From: a virus
Taxonomy: Duplodnaviria > Caudoviricetes
Reading direction: 5' to 3' (one strand)
Virus record (IMG/VR): IMGVR_UViG_3300032242_002545
Span: 1 to 53,896 of that record
DNA length: 53,896 nucleotides
Shown here piece by piece: positions 36,985 through 46,885 of this stretch. Every line of letters begins with the position of its first letter. Position 1 is the stretch's first letter. The notes under the pieces are model-generated. The model was not told the origin of the DNA. It made no database searches and was given only the letters and a program-made list of their open reading frames with translations. The translations under genes were made by a program, and so were the position numbers.

Positions 36985-38925
36985 TTATCTCAATTCTGCT
37001 ACGTTAAATGTAGGTACACCATCAACACGCACGTGACCGTAGAATCTGTTGTTAACAGACTTCTTAGCGTAACGAGTCATGATACCCTTAACTGGAGCAA
37101 AGTTAAATGGATTGTACATTGTTGGAGTCAATTGCAATGGCACGTATGGTGCGTAGATGTAACCTGTATCCAATAATGACTTACCTTTGTGACCTACAAC
37201 AACTGAGTAAGATGGTGAGTAAGGGTCACGGTATACTTGATAACGACCACCCAAAGTACCAATTCTTTCGATACCCATGTTATATTGGTCTTGCTCTGGG
37301 TTAGCATCACTTACGTGGAAGTATTCAAGGTCATCGAATACAGCTGATATCTCAGAAGATACAACTACGAAGTTAGCACCACCACGAAGAGTTGACTTGT
37401 GGATTTGAGCAGACAACTGGTTAATTCTTGTGATAAGAGTTTGGTTCCAGTCTTTTTGTGTGTAAGGTGCAGCAGCTGAAGAAGCTTTTCTCCAACCATT
37501 GTAATCCCAACGCAATTGCCATGCAGCCAATTTACGCAAATCTCTAAGGATTTCACGGTCAATTTCCGCAGCAACTTGTTCTGACAACATAGCTGTCAAT
37601 TCAGCTTCAGCATCGATGTTGTGGAATGCACTAACGTCTTGTGCCAACTCTGGAGACCAAGTAGCTCTTAATTTTCTTTCTTCAACAGCAACTACAACTT
37701 CAGCAAGGTTGAAAGATACTTCACCAAGTTCAGTTTCAAGTTCCAATGAAGCGTATTCAGCCCATGCGAAGATAAGGTTGCTAGTTACAGCACTAACTGA
37801 GCTTGCAAGGCTAGAACTTGTAACACCTGTAGTACCTACATAACCATCATAAGTTGATGTACCAGCTTTAGCTACACCAGATGCAGTTGTACCAACTGGG
37901 TGACGGAAGTCAAGTTCAATATATATAAGACCTTGGTCAGTTACCAAGTTACCAGTTGTATTTTGAACGATACCTTTACCATATTGTTGAGTAACTACAC
38001 GGAAAGGAATTTCTTTGTTTTGAGCGATAATTGTGTTACCATCCGCATCAAGATAAGAAGATGTACCGTTAACAACGTGCAATGAAGCCAAGAATGATTC
38101 TGTATCCATGTTGTTACCATCTGGACCAGTCAATACTTCACGACCACCATTACCAGTACCAGAACCGTTAGGGGCACCACCAGTGAAACCAGAAAGACCA
38201 ACAATCGCGTGTCTTACGCTACCGTCACTTGACAAAGGCAAGATAGTTGCACCGTAAGCGGCAGACAATGAACCATCTGTGTTAAATGTAAATGTAGTGT
38301 AATTTACTTGTGTTTTGATAGTAAGGGTACCCTTAGAGTTATCAAACATACCGTCATTGTAGAATATATCATACAAGTTCTTAGCTTGGAATCTAGTTAT
38401 AGGGTAAGAGTTACCAGCAGCTGCAACAGGAAGAGCAGCAGCAGTAGCTGTACCATTGTGTTCACCGTTCAAACCAGTTTGAGCAGAGAAGCTAGGTCCA
38501 GTTTCACCAGCCCAACGGTCACTAGAAGCAGTTGTTGCATATGGGTCACCATAGTTAGCAGCTGCGTTAGAATTAGCACCGTTATAACGAGCTGAAGTTT
38601 GAGGTACGAAATAGAACAATTTACCGATAGGCATGTTCATCGCTTGTACTGATACGATATCATTTGCAAGTAATTTAGAGAATACACGTCTTACGATAGG
38701 GAATACAACTGTTTCGAATGAACCAGATGAAGTTGCCGATGTAGTTTCAGTCAACAAAGCAGAAGCTTCGTTTTCATACAATTGAGCAATGTTTTCTTTT
38801 ACGTGGCCTTTAAGACCATCAAGGAAACCTAGGGCTTCCCATTTTGCTTGGGTTTCTTGGCGAATCGCTTTCATGTGATTCAAACCGATGTTACCCACTT
38901 GTCCAGATGTTAATAAATGTGACAT
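36985..38925 (-). CDS. Major capsid protein (T4 gp23-like) with a large insertion
   Basis: FPIVRRVF...DIVSVQAM, RKLRATWSPELAQD, ELTAMLSEQVAAEIDREI and GYIYAPYVPL...KGIMTRY motifs. Confidence 0.95.
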   Translation of the reverse strand: MSHLLTSGQVGNIGLNHMKAIRQETQAKWEALGFLDGLKGHVKENIAQLYENEASALLTETTSATSSGSFETVVFPIVRRVFSKLLANDIVSVQAMNMPIGKLFYFVPQTSARYNGANSNAAANYGDPYATTASSDRWAGETGPSFSAQTGLNGEHNGTATAAALPVAAAGNSYPITRFQAKNLYDIFYNDGMFDNSKGTLTIKTQVNYTTFTFNTDGSLSAAYGATILPLSSDGSVRHAIVGLSGFTGGAPNGSGTGNGGREVLTGPDGNNMDTESFLASLHVVNGTSSYLDADGNTIIAQNKEIPFRVVTQQYGKGIVQNTTGNLVTDQGLIYIELDFRHPVGTTASGVAKAGTSTYDGYVGTTGVTSSSLASSVSAVTSNLIFAWAEYASLELETELGEVSFNLAEVVVAVEERKLRATWSPELAQDVSAFHNIDAEAELTAMLSEQVAAEIDREILRDLRKLAAWQLRWDYNGWRKASSAAAPYTQKDWNQTLITRINQLSAQIHKSTLRGGANFVVVSSEISAVFDDLEYFHVSDANPEQDQYNMGIERIGTLGGRYQVYRDPYSPSYSVVVGHKGKSLLDTGYIYAPYVPLQLTPTMYNPFNFAPVKGIMTRYAKKSVNNRFYGHVRVDGVPTFNVAELR

Positions 38926-38953
38926 AGTTTTTTTTTATTTTTTTTTGTTAGGG

Positions 38954-40138
38954 TTATTTTGTTTCAACTCTCTTGATTAGGTCAAGAATTCTTTTAGTTG
39001 AAGGGTCTACATACGCAGTACTTTCATTTAATTGTTTTGAAGTACTTGTAGTAGCCTCTTTGATTATTTTATTCTCTACCGATTCAGCGATTGGCTTTCT
39101 TGAAGTCAATTCATTCTCGATAGTTTTATATAACTTTTTGGACTCTTTAAGGGTTGTAACCTCTTCATCAAATCTCTTGATGATAGTTTGTTTTTCTCCC
39201 TTGGTTGTCGCATGTTCCATAAACAACTTTGTTACGTAAGTAAGGTTGCTATTGAACACCACAGTTTCTACCAACTTGTTTCTAAATTCTTTAAGAGCCT
39301 TTCTGAATTCTTCGTTCTCGGTCTTAAGCTTTTTAGCTTCGGTTAATAGTGTATTGTATTTTTTTGTTGTTTCAGAAACAAGTTTCTTAGCTGCAACAGA
39401 TTCTTGAAGACTTTTTGGATGTTCAAAATCATGACCAATCGAACCAGTAGCATGTTTGTTAACATGATTACCAACACTCATACCTTTACCAATTCTCATT
39501 TTTTCCTCAATAGTTTCTTCTTCCTCCATTTCAACTTCAGTCAGTTCGCTTTCTTCTTCTGATTCTTCTTCGTCATCAACTGGCTTAAATTCGTCTGAAC
39601 CTTCTTCTGATTCACCGTCTTCATCACCGTCAAGTTCAATTTCATAATCAACATCATCTTCTGATTCTTCATCATCATGGTGTCCACCAATTTCAGAAGC
39701 TTTAACGATATAATCGCCTGGTTCCGCGATGTGTAAGTGAACTTCGTCACCTACGATTTCGATTTCATCATCTCCACTCAATTTCTTGTAGATTTCGATA
39801 ACGTCATCATCTGATGCGTGTGTCATGTCTAGTTCTTCTGATGTAGTATCATCCATTCCTTCTTCGTATGTATCTTCGTGCATGTCTTGTTCTTCCATGC
39901 CTTCTGTTTCCATACCTTCTGCTGACATTTCACTTTCAGTCATTTCTTCAGATTCAGTTGTGGTTTCTTCCATAACTTCCTCTTCTTCGTAATCTTTGTT
40001 TAAAGATTCTTTCACAACACTGTCAATTTCTTCCTTAGCTACGCTACGAAGTATTTCTTTTGTGTTGGCATTAAGAGCGTTTTTGATATTTTGTATGTCA
40101 AGTAACGCTTCTTCAAGTATTGTCTTTTTATCTGCCAT
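38954..40138 (-). CDS. Prohead core/scaffold protein
   Basis: Highly acidic 394 aa with a coiled-coil C-terminus, located between protease and MCP. Confidence 0.75.
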   Translation of the reverse strand: MADKKTILEEALLDIQNIKNALNANTKEILRSVAKEEIDSVVKESLNKDYEEEEVMEETTTESEEMTESEMSAEGMETEGMEEQDMHEDTYEEGMDDTTSEELDMTHASDDDVIEIYKKLSGDDEIEIVGDEVHLHIAEPGDYIVKASEIGGHHDDEESEDDVDYEIELDGDEDGESEEGSDEFKPVDDEEESEEESELTEVEMEEEETIEEKMRIGKGMSVGNHVNKHATGSIGHDFEHPKSLQESVAAKKLVSETTKKYNTLLTEAKKLKTENEEFRKALKEFRNKLVETVVFNSNLTYVTKLFMEHATTKGEKQTIIKRFDEEVTTLKESKKLYKTIENELTSRKPIAESVENKIIKEATTSTSKQLNESTAYVDPSTKRILDLIKRVETK

Positions 40139-40251
40139 TTGTGTTTATTTATTTTGAATTATTAATAGATAAAAAATTCGAGTTTATTTGATAATAAATA
40201 TGCGTATTTTATTGAAAAGACACATATTCAATAAAAAAATCTTATTTTTGA

Positions 40252-40974
40252 TTAGTCTAGCAAAAATTTATCCAATTTGGTTACCAAGTTTTCAGTCAAA
40301 ATTGGCTTAACCACCTCTACGCTTTCTGTATAAGGCCTAGCTTCTTCAACACTCTTGAATATCCAAGCATCTGGTGTTGATGGTGCCGTAACAACGTCCC
40401 AACAAATAATCTCGAAATCGTCTTGTACTATTTGTTCCCCGTTACGACCTTCTTTCAATGAACCAACACCTCTTGAAGAAACACCAATCTTAATTCTGTT
40501 TCTTAATAGGTTTGCAACTTCATCACCTTTCGTTGATACGATACCGTAGTTTATAAAACCTGGCGACATTAGGATTTCCATCTTACCCATAAGCGTTTTG
40601 CCTTCCCACCATGTTTCAATGATATTGTGTGATATTCTATCACCAGCAATGATACTAGATTCTGGGTGGTCCAATTCACCTACAGCTGCACGTTCCTTTA
40701 TTAGTTTTTGATATAGTCTATCTTGTTTAACCAATACATGTTCTGGATATATTCTTCCATTACGGTTAAGAACACCATACTTCTGTAGAATAACATAAAC
40801 CACAAGAGGTTCAGCTATTACCAATTTTTTGCTATCAAGCTTTTGTATTTCGTTAATGAAGGCTTGGTTTCTTGGTTCATCAGGGCTGATGAATCCAGCA
40901 TCGTGTTCAATCAAATAACCAAAACCGCTGTCACCGCGTTTAAGTACCTTTATATCTTTATAGTTTATATCCAT
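40252..40974 (-). CDS. Prohead protease (T4 gp21-like)
   Basis: NRNGRIYP, GELDHPE, ISHNI, IGVSSRGVGSL and WDVVTAPSTPDA motifs. Confidence 0.93.
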   Translation of the reverse strand: MDINYKDIKVLKRGDSGFGYLIEHDAGFISPDEPRNQAFINEIQKLDSKKLVIAEPLVVYVILQKYGVLNRNGRIYPEHVLVKQDRLYQKLIKERAAVGELDHPESSIIAGDRISHNIIETWWEGKTLMGKMEILMSPGFINYGIVSTKGDEVANLLRNRIKIGVSSRGVGSLKEGRNGEQIVQDDFEIICWDVVTAPSTPDAWIFKSVEEARPYTESVEVVKPILTENLVTKLDKFLLD

Positions 40975-41010
40975 GATAGTCTGTTATAGATATAAATATA
41001 TCCCTAGAAT

Positions 41011-41036
41011 AAAAAAGCCCCGATATCGGGGCCTTT
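41011..41036 (-). terminator. Rho-independent terminator
   Basis: gccccgat/atcggggc palindrome followed by a T-run on the minus strand. Confidence 0.75.
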
Positions 41037-41037
41037 G

Positions 41038-41481
41038 TTATTTCTTTCTTTTGTGAAATTCAAATGTTTCGTCTTTTTCAAACACATTCTTGATGATGTC
41101 TTCGGTAATCCACTCTAGCTTTCCTTGCATGAACTCTGTATTTACCGATATTTCTTCTTCCAAGAATAGTGTTAATTCGCAATTCATAAAGCTTCTTTTA
41201 CCGAACTTGATACCTGATTCTCTGATATCCAAATCAACAATGGTTCTTTCTTTTACAAACTTGCTGGTTATGTCTGTAGATAGCAAGTTATAAGTCTGTT
41301 GCTTAATGAGCTTATTGATATTTCGTATAACCCTTAGATAACTAACGTCATCATTTTCTTTGGGTGCCGCCCAAGCTGAAATATTGATATATACAGCCTT
41401 TGGGTTTTTGTTATTTACGCTACCGAATACAACGCTGTATTCTTTAAATTTGTTTGTTTTTACTTCTTTTCCTGTTTTCAT
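41038..41481 (-). CDS. Hypothetical protein
   Basis: 147 aa with its own putative promoter, TTGACC-17-TATACT, at 41533-41505. Confidence 0.75.
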   Translation of the reverse strand: MKTGKEVKTNKFKEYSVVFGSVNNKNPKAVYINISAWAAPKENDDVSYLRVIRNINKLIKQQTYNLLSTDITSKFVKERTIVDLDIRESGIKFGKRSFMNCELTLFLEEEISVNTEFMQGKLEWITEDIIKNVFEKDETFEFHKRKK

Positions 41482-41534
41482 AATACCTGGTGTTTTTAAG
41501 ACTAAGTATAATGAAAATAATTCAATAGGTCAAA

Positions 41535-41870
41535 TTATTTTTTTAGGTTTGACCAAATTGAAATTGCTATTGTTAAAGCTATTTGAGCAAAGCCTAGGAT
41601 AGCCATCGCCGCTATCCAACGATTTTTTTGTCTGTATATTTCATCCTTGGCTTCTTTCATTTGAGTTGGTGACCAAACGTCATTAACCTTCTCTATCCAT
41701 TTAGAATGTCCATCTACCTTACCTTCGACATTTTTAAATTCGGTAAGCTTCTGATTAAGTTCAGAAAAACGACTATCCATGTCGCTTCTCATTTTATCAT
41801 AATTATCGTTTAGTCTTTCTAATTCCTTAAGAACTAATTTGCTATAGTCCCCCCAAGTTTCTTCAGCCAT
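41535..41870 (-). CDS. Coiled-coil protein with a C-terminal transmembrane helix (holin-like?)
   Basis: Hydrophobic segment WIAAMAILGFAQIALTIAISIW. Confidence 0.6.
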   Translation of the reverse strand: MAEETWGDYSKLVLKELERLNDNYDKMRSDMDSRFSELNQKLTEFKNVEGKVDGHSKWIEKVNDVWSPTQMKEAKDEIYRQKNRWIAAMAILGFAQIALTIAISIWSNLKK

Positions 41871-41872
41871 CT

Positions 41873-42094
41873 TTATACGTTTACGGTTGTTAGAATGTTA
41901 GTTATTGTGGTACACATTTGTTCGTAACACTTTATTTTGCTTTGCGGAGTCTCAGAATTTCCTATTTCAGTTTTACCTTCACTCACCACTTTTTTTAATC
42001 TACGTAAAACACTTTCATATTCATTTTCTGAGTTACTGCATAATTTTTCGGTTAATTGTCTTAATTTTAAGATGTTTTCACTCATTTCAGCCAT
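41873..42094 (-). CDS. Hypothetical protein
   Basis: 73-aa ORF packed in the operon. Confidence 0.65.
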   Translation of the reverse strand: MAEMSENILKLRQLTEKLCSNSENEYESVLRRLKKVVSEGKTEIGNSETPQSKIKCYEQMCTTITNILTTVNV

Positions 42095-42095
42095 A

Positions 42096-42884
42096 TTAAT
42101 TTTCTTTTAGGTTACTTCTTAATTCTACCAACTTAGAAATATTCTTAACATAGTTTTCGTTAATTTCTAACTTATCGTTAAGAAGCTTATCTTTTACCTT
42201 CAGCAATTTATCTTTTGCGTCTAAATCTTTGGTGTCAAGCTTTTCGTCAATCAAGTTAAGACACTCTCTAATCATGCTAGAGTATACATCTTTCTTGGTC
42301 TCATCACCTTCAACAAAGCTTTTAATAACCGATTGCTCGATTGTATCAAGCTCTGAGTATTTGCTGTTGTATTTTTCTACCAATAAGCCCAATAACATAC
42401 TATTAGGTACATCGTAGCTTTCAAGTATTTCTTTTGGTTTATTATTAACCAAATGGTTAACTATCTTGCTGGTAGACTCAACAATAACATCTATTGTATT
42501 TGGTGTTTTTTCTGTGAAGATAAGATTGGTTATAGATTCATGAAGTTCCGCTAAATCACTAGTAGTATCTTGTTCGAATGAAACCTTTTCAGCCAATTTT
42601 TTATTGGCTTCGTATATATCTTTTTTGCTGTATTTATTTAGCAAAGCTATTGATTCATTAACATATAGAGTAGCCTTGTTAAAGTCTGGCTCTACCTTAT
42701 TTTCAAGGTTGGTATAAACCTCAAATAGTGTTCTTAGAATCTTGCTTTCGTTTATGGTATCAACATAGTGCTTAAACAACTTCTTTTTATCTGTGCTTTT
42801 GTCTATTAGACTCTCGCTTAACAAGTGGTTGTAAACTGATTTTATCGTACCAAAGTTTTTTATATTTGACTGTAATTCTGACAT
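42096..42884 (-). CDS. Hypothetical head-assembly protein
   Basis: 262 aa, helical, many I/LxE motifs, downstream of portal; late motif at 42898-42906. Confidence 0.7.
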   Translation of the reverse strand: MSELQSNIKNFGTIKSVYNHLLSESLIDKSTDKKKLFKHYVDTINESKILRTLFEVYTNLENKVEPDFNKATLYVNESIALLNKYSKKDIYEANKKLAEKVSFEQDTTSDLAELHESITNLIFTEKTPNTIDVIVESTSKIVNHLVNNKPKEILESYDVPNSMLLGLLVEKYNSKYSELDTIEQSVIKSFVEGDETKKDVYSSMIRECLNLIDEKLDTKDLDAKDKLLKVKDKLLNDKLEINENYVKNISKLVELRSNLKEN

Positions 42885-42924
42885 TTTTGAATTTTATTAT
42901 AAATATCGTTATTTAACACAAAAA

Positions 42925-44973
42925 CTATTGGTCACCCAACATTTTATCGATGTCATTAATCATGTCATCAACTTCCGCATTAATTTTTACATTTTTATCT
43001 AGGATTCTTGTCTTGGGTTCCTTAAGTTCTTTTGTTGGTTGTATTGATTCTATCAGCCTATTGACGAAGACGTTTTTATATTTTTGCGTCCTATCATCAA
43101 GCTTCTTAGCCAAGACTGCCTTCTCTTCTTTTAGAATCTTACTAACCTTTCTGAACGATTCTGTTACGTTTTCTGGTGCCGCTTCTCCTTCTGCTCCAGT
43201 TTCGGTAGCAGTTTCTTCTGCTCCAGCTTCAGCACCAGCTTCGGTAGCCGCTTCTGATTCACCTTCTTCTCCGAAGTTCAAGTCTTCACCTCCAACGCCG
43301 CCACCCCCGAATGAACCGCCTCCTCCAGCAGGGCCTCCAGCAGGACCTCCTTCTTCGTTTCCAGCACCTTCTCCAGCACCGCCGCCGCCTTTAAGAGCTA
43401 ATTTAAAGTCACCATAAACACGGTCAACTATATCGAACATACCTGTATGCTTAATAACATTTGCTGAATTTGCCAATTCAGCAGCTGCCGCTTTTTCCAT
43501 ACGTTGTTCAAGTAAGTCTTGTTTGATATCATCATCTGACATACCAAGTATATCTCTCTTAGCACGTGTCATTGACATAGCACCAAATCCGTTACCAGAA
43601 TCAGATACAGCGTCTTTATATAGGGTAACCTTGGTCTGCAAGTGTTCAACCTTAAGCATTTCGGCTTGTGTTGATGGGTTATTAAGCGTAAGGGTAAAGT
43701 TATCGAAGTCTTCTTCAAATCCAAGAATATACAAGTGAATCATAGCTATCTTGTTAAGCTCTTGAAGCATTGCTTGTTGTATACGATTTATGGTTCTTGA
43801 GAAACGAATATCTTGTAATGCAAGGTTTTTGCCTTCACCAGTTGTATCATCAAAACCCAAGAATGGCTTAGGTACGCGTAATGCTGTAAACAAATTGTGT
43901 TGCAAGTATTGTATATCCGCAATTTGGTCTAGGTTCGAGGCACCTGGCAACGTATCAATTGGATTTGGTGCGCTTTCATCACGAACTGGGATGAAGAAGT
44001 CTTGGTCATTTGATAACTGATTATATCTCAAGTCTATTTGACCTGTATTAGGGTCGGTAATAGGCATACGTTTAAACCTATCAGCGATTTGGTTTACATA
44101 TGCTTCAACGTCACCGTCATCAATGTTACCAACATATATCTTGTATACACGTCTTTCTGGAGCACGGGTAACACGGTAAACAAGCATCGAGTCTTCAGAA
44201 AGAATAAGTTGCTTCCAAATACGTCTTGCTTTTTCAAGAACGCTGGTACCATAAGGTAGTCTTCTATCATCTCCCAACAAACGGAAGTGAGCAATTTGCC
44301 ATGAGTTAAATTCAACGTCACGACCTCTCCAGTAGAACTTTATCTTATCACCAGTACTTACTTGACCATTAACCGTATCACGACCAGTAATCATATCAAA
44401 TAGACCGCTTTCTCTGCGCTCCATTTCGTAGTTAGGCATTTGCTTGGCACTTAACACACCATGCTTATCATCAATGTTTAAATATACGAAATTATCACCG
44501 TATTTGCAGGTATTTCTGGTCCACATCGGAAGCGATACGTGAATATCCAAACGGTTAAAGAATAAGTCTTCAAGAATACCCTTAACACGCTTGCTATCTG
44601 AGTATATATTCATTACCCTACCCTTATCATTTATGGTGGTTGATTCTTCCATCATGATATCCAAAGCAGCTGCAATGGTTGGATAGAACTCCATAGCCTC
44701 GAAGTCAGAATATGAACCTATACGTGTTGTTTCATAGTTGATAGATTGTTGAAACAATCCGCTCTCAACCTTTTTCCACATTTGACCCAAGTACTTAACT
44801 TGTTGAGCCTGTAGCTTAGCTCTTTCGAAATCAGCTTTATTATCTGTCTTTAATAATACATCACCACCTATGTTATATCTTTGTGGTTGTTTTGCTGGTT
44901 CTTTTAGTCTTACCGCATCTGGACTAATTATTTGTCCTAGTCGTTGAAAGACCGTTAGTTTTTTTTCTGCCAT
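42925..44973 (-). CDS. Portal protein (T4 gp20-like)
   Basis: SVLEKARRIWKQLILSEDSMLVYRVTRAPERRVY, IDTLPGASNL and ALRVPK; Gly/Glu-rich C-terminal extension. Confidence 0.93.
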   Translation of the reverse strand: MAEKKLTVFQRLGQIISPDAVRLKEPAKQPQRYNIGGDVLLKTDNKADFERAKLQAQQVKYLGQMWKKVESGLFQQSINYETTRIGSYSDFEAMEFYPTIAAALDIMMEESTTINDKGRVMNIYSDSKRVKGILEDLFFNRLDIHVSLPMWTRNTCKYGDNFVYLNIDDKHGVLSAKQMPNYEMERRESGLFDMITGRDTVNGQVSTGDKIKFYWRGRDVEFNSWQIAHFRLLGDDRRLPYGTSVLEKARRIWKQLILSEDSMLVYRVTRAPERRVYKIYVGNIDDGDVEAYVNQIADRFKRMPITDPNTGQIDLRYNQLSNDQDFFIPVRDESAPNPIDTLPGASNLDQIADIQYLQHNLFTALRVPKPFLGFDDTTGEGKNLALQDIRFSRTINRIQQAMLQELNKIAMIHLYILGFEEDFDNFTLTLNNPSTQAEMLKVEHLQTKVTLYKDAVSDSGNGFGAMSMTRAKRDILGMSDDDIKQDLLEQRMEKAAAAELANSANVIKHTGMFDIVDRVYGDFKLALKGGGGAGEGAGNEEGGPAGGPAGGGGSFGGGGVGGEDLNFGEEGESEAATEAGAEAGAEETATETGAEGEAAPENVTESFRKVSKILKEEKAVLAKKLDDRTQKYKNVFVNRLIESIQPTKELKEPKTRILDKNVKINAEVDDMINDIDKMLGDQ

Positions 44974-45023
44974 ATCTTTTAATTTATATTATAAGTGTTT
45001 TTTAACCAAAATAAATGATAACG

Positions 45024-46811
45024 CTATTTTGTTCCGCTAAATAACCACAAGAATTGTCCTGTTGGGTCTTGCATATTTTTAGCCACCGTAGGGTTGAATT
45101 TTGGTTTTGGCATCGCTGCCTTATTTCTGTTATTTTTACTTACAAATCCACTTCCTTTTTCAAGTTCAATCTGTTCTAGTGTCTTGGTATTTCCTATCAC
45201 CCAACTATTTAAGATTGCTTTGTTTTGCTTTTCAAGACGCTCAAGATTTTTGAATGAGTGTTCGAGAACCCATAGACACATAGCCAGTGACATCAACAAG
45301 TCATCATGGTATCCATCCATGTGGTCAGGTCTACCATTCTTGTAAACGAATGTTTTCATTTCCATAGCAAGTCTCATCGAACGAATCTTAACCGCATTGG
45401 TTCTTATCTTGTATTCAAGATTTGAAACCATAGGAAGCCTTACGTTTGTTGCATGGAAACCTGGCGTTTTGCTGTTCGTATCGTATCTTGATAGTTCTCT
45501 TTGTCTAGCGGATAGTATCTTACCATTGGTTGTTTCGTAGTGTAGTCTCTTGTAGTTAAATTCCATGAGCTTTAATACGGTAGAAACACCCATACCACCA
45601 GTTACATCCACTACGGTATATGCCTTGTATTGTTCTCCGTATTCCTCGACCAATTGAGCCAATAAGTCTGGTTGTATCTTTCCTTTGTACTCCAATACTT
45701 GTTCCATGGTCGTGAAATCAATGATTACAATGGTTGATGAATCCTCTCCGTCACCCCTTGAAACGTCTACGCCCATGATATACTGATGACCCTCTTGTGG
45801 AAGTTCCCATATCCAAGTATCCTTATCGGCACCAAGCATTATTATTGGTTCCTTTACGTTGTTTTTTATCTGTAGGTCTATGAATTGTTCATCAATAACG
45901 TTACCACCCGAACCAATAAACGACACATCAAGCTCTTGTGCAATCATCTTAGCATCGTTGTTCATACCTTCACACATCTCTTCATACCAACTAGATGTTG
46001 GTTTCCAACCATCTGATATTCTCTTTTCGTAAGATGCAAATGTAAACTCGGTTTCTAGTTCAATAACATCATCTTTTACCCAACGCAAATCCTTATTATA
46101 TCTCAAGTCTTCATACCATTTCATTTCAATGATATTAAAACCGTTCTTTTTTTGTTTTGCAAGGTCGTATGTTTTGTAATAGAGTTCGTCCATACCACGT
46201 GGAGTAGATATAAGCATCGCTCTACCACCCGTACCCAACGCTGTTAATGCAGCACCAAACACTTCGGCACCGTTATCGATATATGCTGCTTCATCCATAA
46301 CAAGATACGTAGGTGTAAAACCTCTTAACGCATCCTTAGAGGTTGCAACGGCCTTAACACGACTACCATTAGGTAGCTTTATTTCTTGTTTAGAATCTGT
46401 AAGGAAAATGGTTTTCTTTTCATTTTTAGGGTTACCGTAGTAATCTGGTCCCCAAATCCATCTGGGTAGCTGGTCTAGGAAGTCTTTAATCTTGCTTAAG
46501 AATTCAAAAGCCAATGCTTGTTTGTTGGCGATAATCAATACGTTCTCTGGGTTATCTGAATCTGCTAATCCAACCTTTACGGCCATGTAAGCTGCTGTTG
46601 TAGTTGATACACCAGCCTGTCTTGGTTTGGTAATTAGATTAAACCTATTATTCTCGTAAGCGTATATGATTTCTTTTTGTTTTGGAAATAACTTGAAAGG
46701 AACAAAGCCCTCTTGGGTCTTGTCGAACGTTTCAAAGAATGTCTCGATTGCGTATACTGGACTTGCCAAACACTTTGCGTATTCTTTAAGTATTTCACCT
46801 CTTGTTAGCAT
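45024..46811 (-). CDS. Terminase large subunit (T4 gp17-like)
   Basis: KPRQAGVST, LVMDEAA, ISTPRG, GVDVSRGDGED and HDDLLMS motifs. Confidence 0.95.
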   Translation of the reverse strand: MLTRGEILKEYAKCLASPVYAIETFFETFDKTQEGFVPFKLFPKQKEIIYAYENNRFNLITKPRQAGVSTTTAAYMAVKVGLADSDNPENVLIIANKQALAFEFLSKIKDFLDQLPRWIWGPDYYGNPKNEKKTIFLTDSKQEIKLPNGSRVKAVATSKDALRGFTPTYLVMDEAAYIDNGAEVFGAALTALGTGGRAMLISTPRGMDELYYKTYDLAKQKKNGFNIIEMKWYEDLRYNKDLRWVKDDVIELETEFTFASYEKRISDGWKPTSSWYEEMCEGMNNDAKMIAQELDVSFIGSGGNVIDEQFIDLQIKNNVKEPIIMLGADKDTWIWELPQEGHQYIMGVDVSRGDGEDSSTIVIIDFTTMEQVLEYKGKIQPDLLAQLVEEYGEQYKAYTVVDVTGGMGVSTVLKLMEFNYKRLHYETTNGKILSARQRELSRYDTNSKTPGFHATNVRLPMVSNLEYKIRTNAVKIRSMRLAMEMKTFVYKNGRPDHMDGYHDDLLMSLAMCLWVLEHSFKNLERLEKQNKAILNSWVIGNTKTLEQIELEKGSGFVSKNNRNKAAMPKPKFNPTVAKNMQDPTGQFLWLFSGTK

Positions 46812-46864
46812 AGTTTTAACTATAAATATGTAAAACTACGCTAAAACGCCTTTTTTTAAATAAT

Positions 46865-46884
46865 AAAGGCCCTTTCGGGCCTTT
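46865..46884 (-). terminator. Putative terminator hairpin with a GAAA loop
   Basis: aaaggccc-gaaa-gggccttt on the minus strand. Confidence 0.7.
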
Positions 46885-46885
46885 G

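Noticed and set aside
37107-38595. Several short alternative-frame and antisense ORFs over the MCP
   Set aside because: Shadows caused by biased codon usage; no independent expression signals.
42950-43417. 155-aa Pro/Ser-rich plus-strand ORF and local GC-rich patch
   Set aside because: Antisense of the portal's Gly/Glu-rich tail; amino-acid composition explains the GC content.
46590-46640. Terminase Walker A reads RQAGVST, without the usual GK[ST]
   Set aside because: Deviant Walker A motifs occur in large terminases and all other motifs are intact; not evidence of inactivation.
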